Part shown: piece by piece, positions 8,828 to 15,895 of the stretch
How the letters are laid out: each line of letters opens with the position of its first letter
Numbering within the stretch: the first letter of the stretch is position 1
Assembly (NCBI GenBank): GCA_043753995.1
Contig: JAYUVP010000102.1
Coordinates: forward strand, 1 to 15,895
Source: Fibrobacterota bacterium
GTDB taxonomy: Bacteria; Fibrobacterota; Fibrobacteria; UBA11236
Length of the DNA stretch: 15,895 nt
Direction of reading: 5' to 3'
Translations under genes and position numbers: made by a program
The notes under the pieces: model-generated
The model's database searches: none
Told to the model about the DNA's origin: nothing
Seen by the model: only the letters and a program-made list of their open reading frames with translations

Positions 8828-9550
8828 ATGAACAATGCTCTTGCCATTTTCAAGCGCGAGCTCCGGAGCTATTTCAGCTCACCGGTGGGCTTTGTCTTCA
8901 TCATCTTTTATCTGCTGGTGAGCAATGCCTTTCTGTTTTTCGTGCAGGATTTCTTTCGCCAGAATCAAGTCACGATGCGCTATTACTTCGCGGCTTTGCC
9001 TTGGGTCTTCTTGTTTTTTGTGCCTGCCGTAACCATGCGGCTTTGGGCCGAAGAGAAAAAGCTTGGTACCATTGAAGTGCTTTTAACCATGCCCCTGCGC
9101 GAAATCGATGTGGTGCTCGGCAAATTCTTCGCGGCCTTTGTCTTCATTGCCGTAGCTTTGCTGTGCAGCTTCACCGTTCCCGTCACCTTGCTGATTTTGG
9201 GCCAGCCCGACATGGGCGTCATCGTCGGCAGTTATGTCGGCGCTTTACTCTTGGGCGCGGCCTATTTGTCGATAGGGCTTTTTATCAGCTCCCTGGCCGA
9301 AAACCAAGTTGTCGCCTTCATCATTTCCCTGGCAGTGACCTTTACCTTGCTGCTTATCGGCGTGGCCCCGAATTACTTGAACCAGCTCGGCGCCTTCGCC
9401 CATATTTGCGAATACGTTAGCCTACTTAGCCATTTCAACAATGTGACCCGGGGCGTGATTGATTCACGGGATGTCATCTATTACCTCTCCGTGATCGCCC
9501 TTTTTCTGTGGCTCAATATCAAAAACATCGAAGCGAGAAAGTGGAGATAG
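8828..9550 (+). CDS. ABC-2 type permease, GldF-like
   Basis: Starts AIFKRELRSYFSSP; contains TMRLWAEEKKLGTIEVLLTMP..VVLGKF, several hydrophobic helices, and RGVIDSRDVIYYLS. Starts 3 nt after the ATPase stop. Confidence 0.93.
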   Translation: MNNALAIFKRELRSYFSSPVGFVFIIFYLLVSNAFLFFVQDFFRQNQVTMRYYFAALPWVFLFFVPAVTMRLWAEEKKLGTIEVLLTMPLREIDVVLGKFFAAFVFIAVALLCSFTVPVTLLILGQPDMGVIVGSYVGALLLGAAYLSIGLFISSLAENQVVAFIISLAVTFTLLLIGVAPNYLNQLGAFAHICEYVSLLSHFNNVTRGVIDSRDVIYYLSVIALFLWLNIKNIEARKWR

Positions 9551-9556
9551 TGGCCC

Positions 9557-11182
9557 ATGGCATCTAAGAAACTTTCATCCCGGACTTCGGCCTATGTGGC
9601 CGGTGCCGCCCTTGTCATCGGCTTGGGCACCTTGGGTGTGGTCAGCGAATTGTATGTGCATAAAAGGCTTGATTTGACGGCCGACCGTCAATTCACGCTC
9701 AGCAAGGCTGCCATTAAGACCTTGTCCGAGTTAACCGATCCCGTGCGCGTCAAAGTTGTGATGAGCAAGGACTTGCCCACCCAATTCATTCAAATTCGCA
9801 CCCGCGTCATGGATTTGCTGCAAGAATTCGAAGCGCAAAGCAATGGCAAATTACAGCTCTCCATAGAAGATCCCGGCGACGACGAAAAGAAACGCAAATC
9901 CGTGACTTCGCTGGGCGTGCAGGAAGTCCAATTGCAAGAGCAAAGCTCGGAAGGCATGCAAATCAAGAAAGGCTTTTTCGGTCTCGCCTTATTGTATGGC
10001 GATAAGAAAGAAGTCATTCCGGTGCTGCAAAACCTGGAAAGCTTTGAATACGATCTCGTCGTCAAGCTCAAGAAGTTGACTGGCAATACCAAAACCATTG
10101 GCATTGTCGAAGGCGGCCCTAGCAGCAAATGGACTTTTACCTTGCCAGGTCAACCTCCGAAAACAACCACGGGCTTCGACGAAAATTTTCCCACCCTCAA
10201 GGAAGAAATCGAAAAGCTTTATAAGATCGAGAAAATCGACCCTGAGAATAGCGAAATCGGCGAGAATATCGATCTCGTCTGGGTGGTGGCACCGCAAAGG
10301 CTTAGTGAAGTCGAAAAATACCGAATCGACCAGCACCTCATGAAGGGCAAGTCGGTGATTTTCATGTCGCCTGGCGTCGATGTGAATTTGGGCATGGGCA
10401 TCAATGGCTCGGCCACCAATAACGGCTATGAGGATTTGCTCAGCCATTATGGCGTGAGCGTGAAAAAGAATGTGGTGCTAGAATACAAGCAATTCCAATT
10501 GGTGCGCTTTGGCAATAGCTTTTTCCCCTCGCCTTATCCCTATTGGGTGGTGGAAGGCTATGACGGGCTCAATGCCAAAAGCCCTATCACTTCGAAGCTT
10601 GGCTCGGTGAGTTTCCCATGGACCAGCTCCATAGAATTGGATTCCACCCGTAAAGATTCGATCAATACCGAAGTGCTGGTGGAATCGACCAATGAAAGCT
10701 GGGAAGAAAGCAATAGCTTTTACCTACTGCCACGTGACATGAAAGAATTCTTGCCGGTCAATCCCAAAAAGCATCCCTTGGTTGTTCTGCGCTCAGGCAA
10801 TTTCATGTCTTTCTATGACAAGCGACCTGTACCTGCAGATAGCATCAATCGAATAGACACTAGCAAAACCCTTCGCCGCGCCGCCAAGGAAGGCCGGGTT
10901 TTGGTTTTCCCAAATGCGATTTTTGCCAGCGATTTTTATGTGGGCTATACCAATGCCATCGGCAATTTGCACTTGGTTCTCAATGCTCTTGATCAAATGG
11001 CCTTGGATCCCGATCTTATCACCATTCGCAGCCGGGAAATCGCCGATGCTCCCATCGCCGAATCGAAAAAGCATTTGAAGACCCCGCTTCTGCTTTTCAA
11101 TTTCCTCACCGCACCCCTATTGTTGCTCATTGCCGGCATTGTGATGTTTATTCGTCGTCGTAATAAGGAGGCTATGGCATGA
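9557..11182 (+). CDS. GldG-family ABC transporter auxiliary component (ABC_transp_aux/GIFT-like domain)
   Basis: N-terminal TM followed by RLDLTADRQFTLS, a large soluble domain (IDLVWVVAP..LSEVEKYRIDQHLMKGK), and a C-terminal TM followed by RRR. GGAG precedes the ATG. Gene order after GldA/GldF-like genes is typical. Confidence 0.9.
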   Translation: MASKKLSSRTSAYVAGAALVIGLGTLGVVSELYVHKRLDLTADRQFTLSKAAIKTLSELTDPVRVKVVMSKDLPTQFIQIRTRVMDLLQEFEAQSNGKLQLSIEDPGDDEKKRKSVTSLGVQEVQLQEQSSEGMQIKKGFFGLALLYGDKKEVIPVLQNLESFEYDLVVKLKKLTGNTKTIGIVEGGPSSKWTFTLPGQPPKTTTGFDENFPTLKEEIEKLYKIEKIDPENSEIGENIDLVWVVAPQRLSEVEKYRIDQHLMKGKSVIFMSPGVDVNLGMGINGSATNNGYEDLLSHYGVSVKKNVVLEYKQFQLVRFGNSFFPSPYPYWVVEGYDGLNAKSPITSKLGSVSFPWTSSIELDSTRKDSINTEVLVESTNESWEESNSFYLLPRDMKEFLPVNPKKHPLVVLRSGNFMSFYDKRPVPADSINRIDTSKTLRRAAKEGRVLVFPNAIFASDFYVGYTNAIGNLHLVLNALDQMALDPDLITIRSREIADAPIAESKKHLKTPLLLFNFLTAPLLLLIAGIVMFIRRRNKEAMA

Positions 11183-12225
11183 AGAAGTCCTTCTTTGCCC
11201 TTTTTGCAGCCGTTTTGCTGCTTGGCGTCGTACTGTTCATGAACAAGAAAACCGAGTCCGCCCAAGGCCAAGCCAGCTTTGCCTTCGATACGACCCAGGT
11301 CTCCCAGGTAGGTGAAATCCGGGTTTTTAAGAATCCCGATACGGCCCTGTTGGTGAACAAATCCGATCTCTGGGTAACCGGCCCTGCCGACTATCCTGTG
11401 GATACCGCCAAGTTCAATAAGGTGGTGAATATCCTATATCGCTTACAGAGCGGCGAAGTGGTGTCTCGCAATCCCGATCGAGCTTCGGAATATGGGCTGG
11501 ATTCGGTCAATGCCAAGCATGTGAACTGGAAAGACAAAAGCGGAAAAACCGTGGGCCAAGTCATCATAGGCAAGGGTTCAGGCATCGATTTCAATTCGAC
11601 TTATTGGAAATTCGCCGACAAGCCTGAGGTTTATCGTACCCCAGGGAATTTCTCCTATGACATCATGTCTCGCACGGAGGATTGGAAAGACCGCAAGCCC
11701 TTTGTCGTGGCTGTGAAGGACTTACAGTTCATGGATGTGACCTGGAAGGATAGCACGGGAATGTCTTATCAATACAAGCTTGAAGCAGTAAATGATTCGA
11801 CTTGGCGAATGCTCAGCCCGCAGCCCAATGATGTCAAACGCGCCATGGCACAAGGAATGGCCGGTCAATTAGTTGACATGTATATCGATGAATTCGTAGC
11901 TGCAACGGACACCAATAAGTCCAAGATTCAATTGGATAGCCCAGCTGTAGTCGTGAAACTGGATCTCAAGGGCGGTAAGTCCTATACTCTGAAAACCAGC
12001 AAAATCTTGGACAACTATGCCTACGCCCTTCATCCCACGCGCAGCGATACTATCAAGGTCGCGGAATGGCGTTTAGCCCCGTTCAAGAAAAAGCCCTTTG
12101 AACTCATTGAACCTCCTAAAGACACGGTGAAGGCGGATAGCGCCAAGCCGGCAGCTTCGGCGGTTCCGATGGCCAGCCCAGCGTTGGCGGCTCCGAAAAA
12201 GCCCTCGGTTAAAGCGGGGCCCTAG
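11179..12225 (+). CDS. DUF4340-type exported protein with N-terminal anchor/signal and Pro/Ala/Lys-rich tail
   Basis: TAAGGAGG RBS (11164-11171) and ATGA overlap with the upstream gene. Has a hydrophobic N-terminus and the motifs W..YPVD, EYGLD, VIIGK and EDWKDR. This family usually follows gldG-like genes. Family name assigned from recalled motifs and context. Confidence 0.8.
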   Translation: MKKSFFALFAAVLLLGVVLFMNKKTESAQGQASFAFDTTQVSQVGEIRVFKNPDTALLVNKSDLWVTGPADYPVDTAKFNKVVNILYRLQSGEVVSRNPDRASEYGLDSVNAKHVNWKDKSGKTVGQVIIGKGSGIDFNSTYWKFADKPEVYRTPGNFSYDIMSRTEDWKDRKPFVVAVKDLQFMDVTWKDSTGMSYQYKLEAVNDSTWRMLSPQPNDVKRAMAQGMAGQLVDMYIDEFVAATDTNKSKIQLDSPAVVVKLDLKGGKSYTLKTSKILDNYAYALHPTRSDTIKVAEWRLAPFKKKPFELIEPPKDTVKADSAKPAASAVPMASPALAAPKKPSVKAGP

Positions 12226-12920
12226 AAATAGCTCGCAAGAGCAAGGCGCAGGTCTTCGGTGACTTTTTGCTTCAGCGTTTCGTTATCGAGCTGAAGACCC
12301 GCCTCTTTGAGACCCAGAATAAAATCACCGTGAGGTCGCCCTGAGCGATAATCGGGTTCTCTGGAAGGATGCTTGAGTACGGCCTCAATATCCTGCCGAT
12401 TGGCTTCAATCAAAATAGAGGCAAGATAAAGGGCAATATCACGCGACAAATACAGCGATGTTCCTGCGATTTTGAGGGAGCCGATTGCCAAATCGCTGAT
12501 ACCGGTTTCCTGAATGGACGCATTAGAATCAGGAAGCAAATGATTTAGGCTTTTAGCTAAAGCGCGGTTGATGGTTTTAAAATAGGTGAGCGGGGACCAG
12601 GCGGATTGTCGAGGTAAACGAATGCCGAGACAAAGGCAATGCGGACCCAGTAACACAGCTCCGCCACCTCCGCGGCGCTTACAAAGGGGCCAAGCTCTCT
12701 CTCGTAAAACATCAAGGTGGACTTCTTTTTCCGGAGTTTGGGAGGCACCAAGCACCACAGCATAACTCTGCGGCACCCAGGCGAATAGGGATGGGGCCTG
12801 GGCTTGCAAAAGCCATTCACCTGTCCACAAGGCGGCATCGGGGCTGTGCTCTGAAGTGAGCAGGGCATAGGGTAGGGGGGAGAGATTAATGGGAAGGTCG
12901 CTTGCGATATTCGTTTGCAT
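12222..12920 (-). CDS. Lipoate-protein ligase A family protein (single BPL/LPL catalytic domain)
   Basis: VVLGASQ, KRRGGGGAVLLGP, GISDLAIGSLKIAGTS (catalytic Lys region), and HPSREPDYRSGRPHGDF. 232 aa with no room for the LplA C-terminal domain. The start overlaps the upstream gene by 35 nt. Confidence 0.85.
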   Translation of the reverse strand: MQTNIASDLPINLSPLPYALLTSEHSPDAALWTGEWLLQAQAPSLFAWVPQSYAVVLGASQTPEKEVHLDVLRERAWPLCKRRGGGGAVLLGPHCLCLGIRLPRQSAWSPLTYFKTINRALAKSLNHLLPDSNASIQETGISDLAIGSLKIAGTSLYLSRDIALYLASILIEANRQDIEAVLKHPSREPDYRSGRPHGDFILGLKEAGLQLDNETLKQKVTEDLRLALASYF

Positions 12921-14754
12921 TCAGATTCAATTCATCCATGAGCTTCATCAGCCATTTACGGTCTATGTCCAATAATTTAGCAGCTAGGGAAATATTGCCA
13001 GAGGTTTTTTCTAAGGCTATAACGATGGCTTCGCGTTCCGCAAATGTTCTCGCGTCATTCAAAGTAGGCAGGGATTTCGCTTGGCGTCCGTCCGTGGTAT
13101 TCCATTCCGCTGGCAAGTCGTCGGGCCCTATCGAAGCTGTCGTTGATAGGAGAATCGCCTTTTGAATAACATTTTCAAGTTCACGCACATTTCCTGGAAA
13201 GGAATAAGCCAATAACTTGTTTCGAGCCGAATGGGTTAGTGATTTCGTTGGCATACCGAATTGCAGCAGGTATTTATTCAATAAAAATTCAGCGAGTAAA
13301 AGAACATCTTGTCCACGCGCCCGCAAGGGCGGTAATTCCAAATCCAAAACGGCTAACCGAAAATACAGATCTTGGCGAAAGCGGCCTTCGGAAATTTCTT
13401 TGGTGAGATCGCGATGGGTGGCGGAAAGGATACGCACATGAATGCGAATGGGATTGGTGCTTCCCAAGCGAGTGATTTCCGATTCCTGTAATACCCGGAG
13501 TAATTTGACTTGCAAAGAAAATCGTAAATCGCCGATTTCGTCTAGAAATACCGTGCCGCCCTCCGCAGCCTCGAAAAGTCCGATTTTTCTTTGGTCAGCG
13601 CCAGTAAAGGCGCCTTTTTCATGACCGAATAATTCCGACTCGATCAGATTTTCAGGAATGGCGCCGCAATTCAAGGCGCGAAAAGGTTTTCCTTCGCGAG
13701 AGGATTTTTCATGCAGATAACGAGCCAGCATTTCTTTGCCCGTTCCAGTTTCGCCTCGAATGAGTACGGCGGCGTCGGTGCGGGCAACCTTGGCGGCCAA
13801 TTCCAGCAATTGAACCATGCTCTGGCTGGCATGGACTATTCCGCTTTTGGCCACCTCATGGGCGGATTGAAGTCGCGAAATGGTTTCTTTCTGCCTTTGA
13901 TATTCCCTTTTATTCGTAAGGATTTCAACGAATAAGGAGCTTAAGGCATCGCAAAGGGCGCGTTCCTTTTCAGAAAACGCGCGACCGCTTCGCATTCTAT
14001 CCATATAGAGATACCCGAGGATTCCAGCCTCGCCACGCAAAGCGACGCAAAGAATAGAGGCCACGGCATTCGCACGAAGTGAGTGAATGGAATTTTGATC
14101 TTCCCATTCATTTTCCTGCATGAGGACAGTCTTGGGAGAAGCCTTGGCCCAATCTATGGCACGATTGGAAAAGCGCTCAAGGCCGCTATTGACGGGGTAT
14201 TTGGCAATAGTCTGGCGTTCTCCCGTCTCGACATTTTCTTCGACGACTCTCGCGGCATCGCATCGTAAAAGGCGAGAAACACTGGCGACCAGAGTCGCGA
14301 AAATATCGGCATCCCGATCTTTCAAAAGGCGGATTAAGACTTCAATCACTTCACCGAAAGAGCCAATGTCCTGTTCATTGGTGAAGGATTCCTGATTCGT
14401 GTCCGAATCAAAATTATTAACTCCTACGCCTTGTTCGATTTCGGCTATGGCCGTAAGTGGTTGCTCTAAATAACGGAAACGGTGATCCCCAATTTCAATA
14501 AAAGCATTTTGTTTTAGCGGGGAGGCTTCGCTTACGGTTTTGCCATCGAGCCTTATTTTCTGGCTTGGATGAAGGGCTTGCAAGTGATACTGGCCTTCGC
14601 GATACAAGAAATGCCCCATGCGCTCAAGCATGCCTTTGCCTTTCAAAGGAAGGCTGCAATCCTTGGAAGAGCCGAAAGTAATGATTCTACCGCTCAGGGG
14701 AAAATCTTGTCCATTTTCCTCATCATGCAAAAGTGGGTAAGTGCGAAGTGGCAT
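12886..14754 (-). CDS. Sigma54-dependent transcriptional activator (FHA-like + GAF + AAA+ + Fis-type HTH)
   Basis: Walker A GETGTGKE, ESELFGHEKGAFTGA, Walker B FLDEIG, GRFRQDLYFRL, FPGNVRELEN, and HTH GNISLAAKLLDIDRKWL. GAF-like segment SILCVALR..ILGYLYMDR..AFSEKE. Start reassigned to ATG 14754 (MPLRTYP.., 622 aa), 5 nt after the kinase stop and preceded by AAAAGG, rather than 14916. Confidence 0.92.
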   Translation of the reverse strand: MPLRTYPLLHDEENGQDFPLSGRIITFGSSKDCSLPLKGKGMLERMGHFLYREGQYHLQALHPSQKIRLDGKTVSEASPLKQNAFIEIGDHRFRYLEQPLTAIAEIEQGVGVNNFDSDTNQESFTNEQDIGSFGEVIEVLIRLLKDRDADIFATLVASVSRLLRCDAARVVEENVETGERQTIAKYPVNSGLERFSNRAIDWAKASPKTVLMQENEWEDQNSIHSLRANAVASILCVALRGEAGILGYLYMDRMRSGRAFSEKERALCDALSSLFVEILTNKREYQRQKETISRLQSAHEVAKSGIVHASQSMVQLLELAAKVARTDAAVLIRGETGTGKEMLARYLHEKSSREGKPFRALNCGAIPENLIESELFGHEKGAFTGADQRKIGLFEAAEGGTVFLDEIGDLRFSLQVKLLRVLQESEITRLGSTNPIRIHVRILSATHRDLTKEISEGRFRQDLYFRLAVLDLELPPLRARGQDVLLLAEFLLNKYLLQFGMPTKSLTHSARNKLLAYSFPGNVRELENVIQKAILLSTTASIGPDDLPAEWNTTDGRQAKSLPTLNDARTFAEREAIVIALEKTSGNISLAAKLLDIDRKWLMKLMDELNLNANEYRKRPSH

Positions 14755-14759
14755 GGATA

Positions 14760-15893
14760 TTAGCCTTTTTCTGCGGGCTTTCGAATAGAAGCCAAGCCTA
14801 TTCTTTTTCTTTGAAAAGGCAGAAGGTGAAATTTTTCCTTGCTTCGCCTTCCGGTCAAAGAGTCTAGACACAGCAGGGTATGCGGCCCATGGGCGAGAGG
14901 GAATTCTTTTGGCCATTCCTGCCGGGACAAGGACTCACCGTCCAAAAGCAAGGTGTCACAGGAGTCCGCATTGCTTATCATCAACCATCCTGAAATCCTG
15001 TTATTCTTTTTGGAAAAAACTTTCAGAGGGTTTGGCCATTTCGTTGTTATGGACGAATGATGACGAGGCAGAAAAAATGCCGTGCTCGGCGTTGTTTTCG
15101 ATGATCCCGGAAGAATTCGCTGGCGCTCGGTTTGTTTTCCAAAATAAAATGCGGCGAATAGGGTCAAAATAAAGGTGGCGGCTATAGCGCCGATGGACAA
15201 CTTTTGTCGAAGGCTTTTTTTACGAGAAAGCGTGGGAAATTGATCCATGAGGCGTAAAGCCTCAGCAGAATCGGGATTCTCTTCTAAGCACTCAGATAGA
15301 AGCCAATAGGCTTCTTCAAACTTTCCGGCATGGATAAGATTCTTGGCGGCAGGTAAAAGATGATCCGCTAGATGTGCTGAGGCCCGCGCTTCGGCCAGGG
15401 ATTTCCAGTCCCGAGAGTGAATGGGTGTCAATAGGGTTTGCCATGAGGACCATACTGCGCTAGCCGATACCGGACGATTCTCGGGTTTTTCTTGAAGACA
15501 GAGTTGAATCAAGGGAGCCCATTTTTCACTGGGCTGAATCAATTCCAGGATTTTTCCGACGGCAAATAAATCCGCCTTTAAATAATCAGTCGCTTGGCCC
15601 GCTTGCCAAAGTTCGGGGGCCATAAAGGCGGGGGTACCTTTAATCATGTTGGCTATGGATTTTTCGCCGTCCACGATATTTTTGGAAAAGCCGAAGTCCA
15701 CCAGGTATAGACCATCTTGTGGAGAAATCAAAATATTGGCTGGCTTCAAATCCCGGTGAGCAAAGCCGAGCCGGTGTAAACCCGCCAGGGACTCGAACAG
15801 AGCCACGGCTATCAAATGGCGTTGTTCCGAATTTGGATTTTCATCCAGAATGGTTTTCAGGGAAATGCCTTTTATCCATTGCATCACAATGCA
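14760..15893 (-). CDS. Hanks-type Ser/Thr protein kinase with TPR-like segment, single TM helix and small C-terminal external domain; 5'-partial at the right window edge
   Basis: The frame is open to the window end (..CIVMQWIKG). Motifs: HRDLKPANIL, VDFGFS, GTPAFMAPE, KADLFAVG, PENRP. These are followed by TPR-like GKFEEAYWLLSECLEENPDSAEA and TM IGAIAATFILTLFAAFYF. Confidence 0.92.
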   Translation of the reverse strand, partial: CIVMQWIKGISLKTILDENPNSEQRHLIAVALFESLAGLHRLGFAHRDLKPANILISPQDGLYLVDFGFSKNIVDGEKSIANMIKGTPAFMAPELWQAGQATDYLKADLFAVGKILELIQPSEKWAPLIQLCLQEKPENRPVSASAVWSSWQTLLTPIHSRDWKSLAEARASAHLADHLLPAAKNLIHAGKFEEAYWLLSECLEENPDSAEALRLMDQFPTLSRKKSLRQKLSIGAIAATFILTLFAAFYFGKQTERQRILPGSSKTTPSTAFFLPRHHSSITTKWPNPLKVFSKKNNRISGWLMISNADSCDTLLLDGESLSRQEWPKEFPLAHGPHTLLCLDSLTGRRSKEKFHLLPFQRKRIGLASIRKPAEKG

Positions 15894-15895
15894 GA

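Noticed and set aside
14755..14916. 54-aa N-terminal extension of the sigma54 activator given by the ORF track
   Set aside because: It would overlap the kinase C-terminus by 157 nt. ATG 14754 sits just after the kinase stop, has an RBS-like AAAAGG and precedes the FHA-like domain.
8432..15172. Remaining short antisense or alternate-frame ORFs inside the ABC, ligase, activator and kinase genes
   Set aside because: They are nested in well-supported genes and show no recognisable domain signatures.

Overview
Bacterial chromosomal window with three blocks. (1) Positions 1-~7605 (minus strand) hold one uninterrupted reading frame of about 2,530 codons that runs off the left edge and is missing from the supplied ORF track. 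It encodes a cyclic beta-1,2-glucan synthase (Cgs/NdvB/ChvB type: glycosyltransferase, membrane segments, glucoamylase-like cyclization domain, GH94 phosphorylase domain). (2) Divergent from it, behind a good sigma70-like promoter, is a four-gene GldA/GldF/GldG-like ABC transporter plus DUF4340 operon (7901-12225). (3) Convergent on that is a minus-strand operon: a membrane Ser/Thr kinase (5' end outside the window), an FHA-like/GAF/AAA+/HTH sigma54 activator, and a small lipoate-ligase-family protein. I see no mobile elements, RNA genes or CRISPR arrays. The most notable less-obvious signals are a strong enrichment of D-(S/T)-X O-glycosylation-type sequons in the predicted exported domains, short upstream ORFs whose stops overlap the starts of both divergent genes, a degenerate FHA domain next to a kinase with a shortened C-lobe, and convergent stop codons sharing one CTAG. 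All were read by eye. None proves a new system, and the taxonomic guess (FCB group, possibly Fibrobacterota) is inference only.
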